64,000 bases of DNA from NCBI GenBank assembly GCA_000747625.2, contig JQDQ01000193.1:63-64062 (forward strand), read 5' to 3'. The translations under genes and the position numbers were made by a program. A model generated the notes under the pieces. It did no database searches. It was not told the DNA's origin and was given only the letters and a program-made list of their open reading frames with translations. This DNA comes from Smithella sp. SCADC (GTDB lineage: Bacteria > Desulfobacterota > Syntrophia > Syntrophales > Smithellaceae). Of the stretch, positions 1-7,649 are shown piece after piece (the stretch's first letter is position 1; each line of letters begins with the position of its first letter).

Positions 1-308
1 GCTACCTTAAACAGTGGCGATGGGCAAGAACCAAGGTCAGGGAACTACGCAGGTTGGGAACGTCGCTTCATGCGGCTATCTCTGTGGCGTTGAGCCGCAA
101 GGGGCCGTGGCGATTGTCCCGGACGCTGGCGACGCAAACGGGTATGACTAACAAATGGCTCAAGGATCAAGGATTGCTGTCTGTTAAAGACCTGTGGGTG
201 AACATTCACTACCCGGCTACGGCCCGGTAATCTTTGTGAACCGCCCGGTGCGGATCCGCACGCCGGGTGGTGTGGGGGCTGGGGGAGAAAAACCCCCGGC
301 TACCCGAT
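1..308 (+). mobile_element. 3' end of a group II intron (IEP C-terminus plus domain V/VI-like RNA)
   Basis: The frame-3 ORF ending at 230 reads like a maturase C-terminus. It is followed by a ~34-nt hairpin with a 2-nt 3'-side bulge (approx 236-275, gaaccgcccggtgcg-gatc-cgcacgccgggtggt). A second hairpin with a bulged A (approx 277-305, ggggctggggg...cccccggctaccc) fits domains V and VI. The element runs off the left edge of the window. Confidence 0.65.
3..230 (+). CDS. group II intron reverse transcriptase/maturase, C-terminal fragment (partial at window edge)
   Basis: Translation is YLKQWRWARTKVRELRRLGTSLHAAISVALSRKGPWRLSRTLATQTGMTNKWLKDQGLLSVKDLW...*. This matches the typical IEP tail pattern (K..R..L..LG....A...S.KGPWR.S.....AL.N.WL...GL.SL). 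Confidence 0.65.
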   Translation, partial: YLKQWRWARTKVRELRRLGTSLHAAISVALSRKGPWRLSRTLATQTGMTNKWLKDQGLLSVKDLWVNIHYPATAR

Positions 309-315
309 TAGCAGC

Positions 316-639
316 TCAATGAATACCAAGCTGAATTTTAACAGCTTCCTCAACATTGCTCATATCTTCTTCGGAAATAACACCCGCACAGTTTATAAGC
401 CGTAATTTACTCACTGTGGCTAATTGGTCTGCCATTGCCTTACTTTCTTTGCCACCAAAAGCGACCAATGCCTCACTTGGATAAAGGCGTTCTGTTTTAC
501 TTGTGAGAGGGACAACTTGAACCCTATTTAGAAATTTATTTGCTGCATTATTGCTGATGATTACTGCAGGTCGTTTCTTTTTAATTTCTCCGCCGACAGA
601 AGGGTCGAAATTTACCCGCCAGACTTCACCTCTTTTCAT
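316..639 (-). CDS. mazF: MazF/PemK-family type II toxin (endoribonuclease)
   Basis: MKRGEVWRVNFDPSVGGEIKKKRPAVIISNN...VQVVPLTS is the canonical PemK/MazF N-terminal signature. I use the internal ATG at 639. The longer track ORF to 771 would overlap the antitoxin gene. Confidence 0.85.
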   Translation of the reverse strand: MKRGEVWRVNFDPSVGGEIKKKRPAVIISNNAANKFLNRVQVVPLTSKTERLYPSEALVAFGGKESKAMADQLATVSKLRLINCAGVISEEDMSNVEEAVKIQLGIH

Positions 640-856
640 GGTCAATATCCTTAAATGTGTTTTCAGCCCATTCCAAGGCTTCATTCTCTCTTTTTTTATC
701 TTTCGCCATTTCGGCATAAGCGGCCTCATAATTGGGACGGACAACATGAGGGCGGACAATTTCCTGAACAAATCTGCTTATTTTACGTGGGCCAATGACT
801 TTATGGAGTCCCGCATATACATCTTCATCCACTGTGATTGTTAATTTTTTCTGCAT
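626..856 (-). CDS. putative antitoxin partner of MazF (small RHH/MazE-like protein)
   Basis: A 76-aa ORF sits immediately upstream and overlaps the mazF start by 14 nt, as in a classical TA operon. It has an N-terminal KLTITVDEDVY beta-strand-like motif and an acidic C-terminus. Confidence 0.6.
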   Translation of the reverse strand: MQKKLTITVDEDVYAGLHKVIGPRKISRFVQEIVRPHVVRPNYEAAYAEMAKDKKRENEALEWAENTFKDIDHEKR

Positions 857-878
857 AAAACACCTCCATTACACGTGC

Positions 879-907
879 ATTATACGTATATAAGATTGAT
901 ATGTCAA
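879..907 (-). promoter_or_regulatory. near-consensus sigma70 promoter for the mazEF operon
   Basis: The minus strand reads TTGACA (907-902), a 17-nt spacer, then TATAAT (884-879), about 22 nt upstream of the antitoxin ATG. A CACGTG palindrome lies just downstream. Confidence 0.5.
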
Positions 908-940
908 ATATAGATTTAAGAATGATGGACTCGTAAAAAG

Positions 941-1255
941 TCACGCGGCGATTTTAAGTTCATAGTGGGGTTCATGCCTCGGCGGCGTGAAAAAGTTTGC
1001 AAGCAACTCCATAGGTTTCAAAAACAGCTCTTTGAAAACAAAAATAGCGTGCCGGATGTCGGATTTTGCCGCAGCAAAGGCCTCTCCGGGGAGGCCGAGC
1101 GCCTTCCGGACGGCGGTCGCCCGGAAGAGGTTGACGGCAATGGCTTTTAAACGGGCAAAATAGGCGACAGCGGACAGACCTCGAACCCTGAGTCGTTGGA
1201 TCCCTGTCTTTTTGTCCATTTCCGGGAAGGTTGCCTCGATGCCGGAGCGCCACCG
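941..1255 (-). pseudogene. C-terminal remnant of an IS5/IS1182-superfamily DDE transposase
   Basis: RWRSGIEATFPEMDKKTGIQRLRVRGLSAVAYFARLKAIAVNLFRA matches the conserved transposase tail (R..IE..F..LK...GL.R.R.RGL.KV.....L.A.A.NL.R). An in-frame TGA lies just upstream and the whole catalytic part is missing. Confidence 0.6.
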
Positions 1256-1315
1256 AGGGAAATCAGGAAATCAGGGGACACCGGAAATCCGGCACCAAAA
1301 TCAGGGGACACCATA

Positions 1316-1448
1316 CTAGTGCATACTTGCAAAAGTTACCGATATGTCATTTCGACCGAAGGGAGAAATCTTATTCAATGATTCTAAAGATTTCTCAGTC
1401 ACTCCGTTCCTTCGAAATGACATGGTTAATATTGAAATTAAGCACTAG
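1316..1448 (-). mobile_element. 133-nt MITE-like element, copy A (inverted relative to copy B at 48871-49003)
   Basis: The reverse complement differs from 48871-49003 at only 4 positions by eye. It is bounded by CTAG on both sides, has short terminal inverted repeats (ctagtgc...gcactag), and a long internal hairpin (gtcatttcga...agaaatct / agatttct...tcgaaatgac). Confidence 0.8.
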
Positions 1449-1580
1449 TGCAGAACTGTAGCCATTCAACGTGATGCTTGGTGACGGTGAAGAATTCCCT
1501 GCGGCGGCATCATCACCGCCACTGCAAGCCATAATCGTCAAAAGCAACACTGCCGCCAATACTACTAATATGTTTTTCAT
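1395..1580 (-). CDS. small putative lipoprotein, 3' end running into the MITE (possibly disrupted)
   Basis: MKNILVVLAAVLLLTIMACSGG is a signal peptide with a lipobox (IMAC). A GAGGAG Shine-Dalgarno lies upstream. The last ~18 codons are encoded by MITE copy A, so the native C-terminus is probably lost. Confidence 0.35.
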   Translation of the reverse strand: MKNILVVLAAVLLLTIMACSGGDDAAAGNSSPSPSITLNGYSSALVLNFNINHVISKERSD

Positions 1581-1600
1581 TACCCTATCTCCTCGCAAAC

Positions 1601-1640
1601 AAAAAAATAACCCATGCATCCGTTAAAGACACATGGGTTT
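1601..1640 (-). terminator. possible rho-independent terminator (minus strand)
   Basis: The stem is aacccatg (1609-1616) / catgggtt (1632-1639), followed on the minus strand by a T-run (A-run 1601-1607 on plus). It lies downstream of tRNA-Arg in the direction of transcription. Confidence 0.35.
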
Positions 1641-2002
1641 TATGATTAATGTATTAATAAGTTTTGTAAAGTTTAAATCTGCCTGTCTGTGCATTCCGTA
1701 AGCAATCATTCGTTGATACAATCCGGTTTCAGATTTTTACTACAGATACTTAATTTCTAGGCGAAAAATCACTACTATAAGTTTAAATCTTTGTCAATCC
1801 CCTCTAAAGAGGGATTTCAAAGTTATTAATTCAATCATTTCCGATTGAAAGGTGGCATTATTTTCGATCTTGACGACGCGTTGATTAGGAGGAAGTTATT
1901 AATAGGACAAAATATGGCCGGATTTTAAGCTTGGAGGTTGGAAATGCTTTTTATAACGAATTTTTATATATGCTAAAAACATCATAAGTTATTGATTTTA
2001 AT

Positions 2003-2079
2003 TGGTGGGCGATGCGAGATTCGAACTCGCGGCACCTGGCTTCGGAGGCCAGTACTCTATCCAACTGAGCTAATCGCCC
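2003..2079 (-). tRNA. tRNA-Arg (anticodon CCG), CCA encoded
   Basis: The reverse complement folds as a cloverleaf: acceptor GGGCGAT/ATCGCCC, D arm GCTC..GAGT, anticodon stem CTGGC/GCCAG with loop CTCCGAA, T arm GCGAG-TTCGAAT-CTCGC, then ACCA. Confidence 0.92.
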
Positions 2080-2177
2080 ACGCCTTGAACTTCTACACTA
2101 TCTAAGTTCAATGTTCAATCAATAATCACGATTTCTCTGATAAACGATATACGCGGGTATAGGTAAAACTACTTTTG

Positions 2178-3737
2178 TTAATCTCCGGACGAATTACTGT
2201 TTTGCTTTTTCGATGTATGATCTCTCCCCAAATAGAAATTAATCCAGGATGAGGTTTGATAAAGATCCCAGTTGCAGGGCGCGACAATACCTTTATCCAG
2301 TTGCGCTTCCTCTTCGTGTTTCTTCAACCGGGCATAGGCCCGGACATAAACACATTTTTTCTTCCCGGGATAGACTTCGCACCAACCTTCAAAACTTCCG
2401 CCACATGCACCGTTACGCTGGTTTTTCGGGCATTGTGACATCGGACACAGGTAAGCCACATCTATCAGGGCGCAGTCTCCGCAATCCTTGCAGTCAAAGA
2501 TAACAACCTTGGTCCAGTGTTCCAGTTTATGAAAAATGCTCTCTATTTTTGTTCCTGCCACTTTTCCGCTCAGTCCCTTCATGACACCGTAAAATTTCTT
2601 CCCCGGGTCGAACATGAGGTTATGGAAGAATCGCGAAAAGCCATAGGATAATCCAACTGTCGCATCAAGCGGCCGTGACTGTCGCGTCGTCGGCTTATCC
2701 AGATTGAGGCCGGTTTTGGAATCCTGCTCAAAGTAATAAAAACCTCCGGGAATCGGATAATCAAAGTACCGGACCAAATCAGCCCATTGAGAAATGAGCG
2801 CTTCACCCTGCGAAATAATTTTTTCTACCTGTTCATATTTGATATTGTGACCGCCGATATGAACACCGCTGAAGCCCATCCCCTTCATGATCGCATACAT
2901 CCTCGCGGCGCGCAGTATCCGGGCTCCTTCTCCTTTATCGGACTCATTTCGCTCCCGGTCCAGTTCCGCCAGAAGTTTATCTGTAACGACGGAACCAGGC
3001 AGTTCGTTACGGTTCATCATTTTTGCCGCACCATACGGAAGAATATAAATGTTCCCGATAAGCGGCAGATTCAAACCATTTTGTTTCATAAAGAGAAAAA
3101 CTTCATGAAATTTTCGAACATCGTATCCCAATTGCGTAACTATGAATTGAGCGCCCGCATCTATTTTCTTTCTCAGTTTGTAATACTGGAGCATCTGTTC
3201 TGCTTCGGTTGCCTTAAAGGGTGAAACGACAGCTCCCGGGAAAAAATCGCTGGATTGATGACTGATGTTACCCTTGATTCCCGGATACGTAAGCCCCTTA
3301 TTCATATCCGACATCAGTCGTAGAGTATGGATCGGATCCAAGTCAAAAACCGGCGCAGGTCTTCCACCATAGCCCGACACCGGATAGTCACCGCTCATAA
3401 CCAGAATATTCCTGACTCCGGCTCTATCCAGAGCATAAAGCTGACTTTCGATCTGATTGCGATTTCTATCTTTGCAGGTAAAGTGGACGAGTGGTTCGAT
3501 TCCCAGCTTGACAATTTCACCACCCATAAAATCTGCGGACATAGCCGGAGTTCCGCCCGGATTATCCGTCAGGGTAAGGGCGCATATTTTTCCGCTTTCA
3601 GCGGCCTGTTTAGCCAGACTCAGAGTCTTTTCCTGAGCCGATTCTTTTGCGCCTCTTCCCGGCACTAATTCCCAGGTTACCGGAAACACGGACGGATTCA
3701 GCAAAGCTTCTTTAAAAAGATTTTCCCGCATAGACAT
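2178..3737 (-). CDS. metF: methylenetetrahydrofolate reductase with fused C-terminal Cys-rich (MetV/MTHFR_C-type) domain
   Basis: The N-terminal ~300 aa resemble an MTHFR TIM-barrel (VTWELVPGRG..., LTLTDNPGG, VMSGDYP). The C-terminal part carries CKDCGDCALIDVAYLCPMSQCPKNQRNGACGG, typical of the zinc-ribbon subunit or domain associated with MetF in anaerobes. Confidence 0.7.
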   Translation of the reverse strand: MSMRENLFKEALLNPSVFPVTWELVPGRGAKESAQEKTLSLAKQAAESGKICALTLTDNPGGTPAMSADFMGGEIVKLGIEPLVHFTCKDRNRNQIESQLYALDRAGVRNILVMSGDYPVSGYGGRPAPVFDLDPIHTLRLMSDMNKGLTYPGIKGNISHQSSDFFPGAVVSPFKATEAEQMLQYYKLRKKIDAGAQFIVTQLGYDVRKFHEVFLFMKQNGLNLPLIGNIYILPYGAAKMMNRNELPGSVVTDKLLAELDRERNESDKGEGARILRAARMYAIMKGMGFSGVHIGGHNIKYEQVEKIISQGEALISQWADLVRYFDYPIPGGFYYFEQDSKTGLNLDKPTTRQSRPLDATVGLSYGFSRFFHNLMFDPGKKFYGVMKGLSGKVAGTKIESIFHKLEHWTKVVIFDCKDCGDCALIDVAYLCPMSQCPKNQRNGACGGSFEGWCEVYPGKKKCVYVRAYARLKKHEEEAQLDKGIVAPCNWDLYQTSSWINFYLGRDHTSKKQNSNSSGD

Positions 3738-3854
3738 TATCAGTTATCCACTTTTTATTTCCTTTGCTCAGAAAATGACACTATCAATAAAGCTTGTCAA
3801 TATCTTTTCTATCTAACAGTTGCAGTTCCTCGACAAATTTGCTATTTTTCATCC

Positions 3855-5426
3855 ATGATGTGCAACGAAAGTAATATTTTCAAGAAATATATTTATTTCC
3901 TGATAATTCTAATCGTAAGTTTGATTTCCACCAATTGCTATGCCTCTATAGAAATATTGAACGTTCGTCATTGGGCAGCACCGGATCATACACGAATCGT
4001 TCTGGATGTGGATGATGTCCCCGCTTATGAAGTTAAGGAGAGTGAAAATCTTCTCGTTCTGAATTTCAAGGAATCATCAATCCATAAGTCAATACCCGCT
4101 AAAATCATCATTAATCAACCGGGAATCAAAAAGATTGTTTTTCATCACACTGCGGAGGGTATGGTTGAGATCGAATTCTTTCTGGATAAGCACCAAAAAG
4201 TTGAAGTTTTTAAATTAAAGAAATTTCAGGATAAGCCTGACCGGGTCGTTGTGGATATTATTTTGGAAGAACTGGCCAAAGAAGAAAAAACAACTGATCA
4301 GTTGCCAGAAATCAAAAAGAAAAAAGTAATTGTTATTGATCCCGGACATGGCGGTGAAGATCCCGGTGCGATAGGGAAAAAAAGAACCTATGAGAAGAAT
4401 ATTGTGCTTTCAATTAGCCGTGAAATCAAAAAAGCAATCAATAAAATTCCCGGTTACCGCGCAGTCATGACTCGTGATGGCGATTATTATGTTTCTTTCA
4501 AAAAGCGTCTGCAAAAAGCCAAAAATCTCGGCGCCAGCCTTTTCATCAGTGTTCACGCGGACGCAGCCAGAAACCGCAGCGCCAAAGGCAGCTCTGTATA
4601 TTGTCTTTCTACCGGCGCCGCCAGTAATGAAGCCGCAAAACTGCTGGCCAGAAATGAAAACTTATCGGATATCCTTGGTGGTGTACCCGACAGCGAAGGC
4701 AATAATGAATCTAATCAAATTATAATGAACATGTTTCAAACCAATACAATCAATCTGTCGAAAATTTATGCGGGAATTTTAATGAAATACCTCGATGCGG
4801 TTAATTGTTTAAAATATAAAAGTGTTCAGGAAGCGCCTTTTCGCGTATTAAAATTACCGGATATTCCGGCGGTATTAGTCGAAACAGCATACATATCCAA
4901 TCCCGATGAAGAAAATTTGCTCAAAAAAAGAAGTTTCCAAACAACGCTGGCAGAATCCGTAGCATCCTCAGTAGAAGAATATTTATCAGGCGAGGCCATC
5001 GCTCTTAAAAGCGATCAAGAGTCAAGAACAACTTATTATAAGGTAAAACGCGGTGACACGCTTTTTTCGGTAGCGGTACGTTTTAATACCAAAGTTGCAA
5101 TCCTTTTAAAGCTTAACGACATGAAACTGGAAGACCCGCTTTTTGTAGACCAAAAGATCATTGTGCCTGCGAATAAAGACGAAGATAATGAAAAGATAAC
5201 TGATAACGTACCGGACAAAAAGGATAATTCTTCCGACCGGAAAAAGGCTTATAGAATTTATACAGTTAAAAAAGGAGATACGCTATTTTTCTTGGCGAAA
5301 GATAATTCGACGACGGTGCAGGAATTACTCAAAATTAATAATATGAAGAGCACCGATCCGTTGTTATACGGACACAAGATAAAGCTACCTCAAAAAGTAC
5401 CTCAAAAAGCAGGAAATATTTTATGA
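3855..5426 (+). CDS. amiC: N-acetylmuramoyl-L-alanine amidase (AMIN domain + Amidase_3 + two LysM)
   Basis: It has a signal peptide, an AMIN-like ILNVRHWAAPDHTRIVLDV, a catalytic IVIDPGHGGEDPGA...SVHADA...ETAYISNP, and two C-terminal LysM repeats (YKVKRGDTLFSVA, YTVKKGDTLFFLA). Confidence 0.88.
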   Translation: MMCNESNIFKKYIYFLIILIVSLISTNCYASIEILNVRHWAAPDHTRIVLDVDDVPAYEVKESENLLVLNFKESSIHKSIPAKIIINQPGIKKIVFHHTAEGMVEIEFFLDKHQKVEVFKLKKFQDKPDRVVVDIILEELAKEEKTTDQLPEIKKKKVIVIDPGHGGEDPGAIGKKRTYEKNIVLSISREIKKAINKIPGYRAVMTRDGDYYVSFKKRLQKAKNLGASLFISVHADAARNRSAKGSSVYCLSTGAASNEAAKLLARNENLSDILGGVPDSEGNNESNQIIMNMFQTNTINLSKIYAGILMKYLDAVNCLKYKSVQEAPFRVLKLPDIPAVLVETAYISNPDEENLLKKRSFQTTLAESVASSVEEYLSGEAIALKSDQESRTTYYKVKRGDTLFSVAVRFNTKVAILLKLNDMKLEDPLFVDQKIIVPANKDEDNEKITDNVPDKKDNSSDRKKAYRIYTVKKGDTLFFLAKDNSTTVQELLKINNMKSTDPLLYGHKIKLPQKVPQKAGNIL

Positions 5427-5917
5427 AGTGTATAAAAAAATTTATAGAATTAAAAGTCTTCATAATAATTCCCTGCCTCTTTCAAACATTAGCTATATCG
5501 GCTAATGCTGCCGGCTTCATTTTCAGTTGGCAGCCCTTTAGGGCGGACATTAATTTAGTACTGGATAATTCAGACAAGGAAATTTTAATTAAAAATATAC
5601 CTGTTGTTGACATAAACTCTCATATTTCTGAAGACTTCAGAGATGTGGATATGTTTCCCGCGCCCGCCGATCGGGAAAAAACTTTGCCGCAAAAATCGGA
5701 AAAAAAGTTCTTACCGGATGCCATTAAATTTACTTTTCACCAGCCAGGCTCGTTTATGCCGGACAGATACGAAAAGTATACTAACAGCGAAGATGAACAA
5801 TTATCAAAAATTACAAATGCCATGACATCTTTGATATATGGTGATTCGAAAATTAAATCATTGGAAACAATTGGCAAAATAATTGAACCGCAGGTAAATT
5901 TATATTTCGAATTTTAA
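5423..5917 (+). CDS. hypothetical secreted protein
   Basis: Its ATGA start overlaps the amidase stop. It has an N-terminal signal-like hydrophobic segment ending ISANA and a C-terminal YFEF (an aromatic terminal residue, as in outer-membrane proteins). I recognise no family. Confidence 0.45.
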   Translation: MKCIKKFIELKVFIIIPCLFQTLAISANAAGFIFSWQPFRADINLVLDNSDKEILIKNIPVVDINSHISEDFRDVDMFPAPADREKTLPQKSEKKFLPDAIKFTFHQPGSFMPDRYEKYTNSEDEQLSKITNAMTSLIYGDSKIKSLETIGKIIEPQVNLYFEF

Positions 5918-6081
5918 AAGTATTTTTGTTAAATTACAGAAATTCGCATCAATCTGACGTTCCCCGATAAACCCTCTTAATTCTATAATCAGAAACTGCA
6001 CGGCTGATAGCCGGTAGCCAGCGGTTACCCCGTTCCGGTAATCGCGAGATGCGTCCGGGAATGACCACGACACATATGTGT

Positions 6082-6533
6082 TTAATTCCCACGTGCCTGC
6101 GCCTGTTTAATAGCGTTGGCCATCCCCAGTTCGTACATCAGCTTTCTTCCCACTACTTCCGTGGGAGCGAAACGCCGCACGAAATTGATTTCCGCGTCAG
6201 TTGGTCTTTCAGTTTCGGTTACGTTATCCGCCACATTTAAATTCCAGGGAACATCCTTGCGGAGCCTGCCGGTTCGGACAGCCGTAAACCCATTCGTTCA
6301 TCCATGTTTTCAGGCTTTCACCGGCCATATCCATCAGGAAAAACATCGCATACATTGTGCGATCGAGATTGTAATATCCCAAAACTTCCGTGGGGTGCGC
6401 TCCCCACGGCACTTCGACTACCGCGTCCACCCGGTAGGCCGGTATCATGGTCAGATGTGAATAACCTCAAAAACAAGTTCGGCACAGGTACCCACCGTGT
6501 AATTGCCAATAACAAGATGATCGCCGTCTTTTA
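6082..6533 (-). pseudogene. decayed CoA-transferase gene (N-terminal piece joined to C-terminal piece, stop and frameshift)
   Basis: Minus-strand pieces in order are KDGDHLVIGNYTVGTCAELVFEVIHI* (N-terminal motif), then IPAYRVDAVVEVPWGAHPTEVLGYYNLD (C-terminal CoA-transferase motif). A different-frame tail, LNVADNVTETERPTDAEINFVRRFAPTEVVGRKLMYELG...*, follows. Most of the central region is missing. Confidence 0.5.
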
Positions 6534-6760
6534 CAAAAAATTAGCTTCCGGGAAAATACTTATACTCTAAAAGAATATGTTTCTAATTCTTTGGAATCTT
6601 AAGAGAAACATTCATGCATGTCAACGAATTAATCAAGACGTTTTTCTCCTTTTTATATTGACAACATACAACTAAACATGATACTTTTCAGTTTATTCGT
6701 TTTAAGATAAATACTGGAAATATTACTGGAATTTTTCGCTTAAAACACAAGGAGAAAATT

Positions 6761-7630
6761 GTGACTTTTCAGGAATTAATTTTTGCTCTCGAAAAATACT
6801 GGCATTCTCAAGGCTGCGTTATTCAACAGCCCTATGATATGGAAGTCGGTGCGGGCACTTTTCATCCTGCAACCTGCCTGCGCGCACTGGGACCGGAGCC
6901 GTGGAACGTGGCCTATGTTCAGCCGTCACGCCGCCCTACGGACGGACGCTACGGCGAAAACCCCAACCGCCTACAGCACTATTATCAGTATCAGGTCATC
7001 ATGAAGCCTTCTCCGGTCAACATTCAGGAACTTTATCTTGATTCGCTCAAGAGTTTCGGCATTGATCCCCTTGACCATGACATCCGCTTCGTGGAGGACG
7101 ACTGGGAATCTCCAACGCTGGGTGCCTGGGGATTGGGCTGGGAGGTATGGCTCGACGGCATGGAAATCTCGCAATTTACCTATTTCCAGCAGGTCGGCGG
7201 TTTCGACTGCAATCCCGTCTGTGCCGAACTGACTTACGGCACCGAACGTATTGCCATGTATATCCAGGGCGTCAACAATGTCTATGATCTTCAATGGACG
7301 GATAAAATTAAATACGGCGATGTGCATCACAAAAGCGAAGTGGAATTTTCCACCTACAATTTTGAAGTTGCCGATATTCCGATGCTGCGCAAACTCTTCG
7401 ATACCTACGAAGAAGAAGCAATGCGCATCGCTGAAAAAAATCTGGCACTGCCCGCTTACGATTACTGCCTGAAATGTTCGCACACCTTTAATCTGCTCAA
7501 CGCCCGCGGCGCGATCAGCGTGGCCGAACGCACCAGTTACATCGGCCGGGTGAGAAATCTGGCACGCATCAGCGCGGAATTGTATATAAAACAACGTGAA
7601 GATCTGGGATACCCACTCTTAAAAAGATAA
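6761..7630 (+). CDS. glyQ: glycine--tRNA ligase alpha subunit
   Basis: It has a GTG start after a GGAG Shine-Dalgarno. [38 protein letters not shown]... is highly conserved GlyQ sequence. Confidence 0.95.
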   Translation: MTFQELIFALEKYWHSQGCVIQQPYDMEVGAGTFHPATCLRALGPEPWNVAYVQPSRRPTDGRYGENPNRLQHYYQYQVIMKPSPVNIQELYLDSLKSFGIDPLDHDIRFVEDDWESPTLGAWGLGWEVWLDGMEISQFTYFQQVGGFDCNPVCAELTYGTERIAMYIQGVNNVYDLQWTDKIKYGDVHHKSEVEFSTYNFEVADIPMLRKLFDTYEEEAMRIAEKNLALPAYDYCLKCSHTFNLLNARGAISVAERTSYIGRVRNLARISAELYIKQREDLGYPLLKR

Positions 7631-7649
7631 TAGAATATCTGGAGCTAAA

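Noticed and set aside
1790-1822. CRISPR-repeat-like hairpin ttgtcaatcccctctaaagagggatttcaaag
   Set aside because: It is a single copy with no repeat-spacer periodicity and no cas genes in the window. At most it is an orphan degenerate repeat, which cannot be supported.
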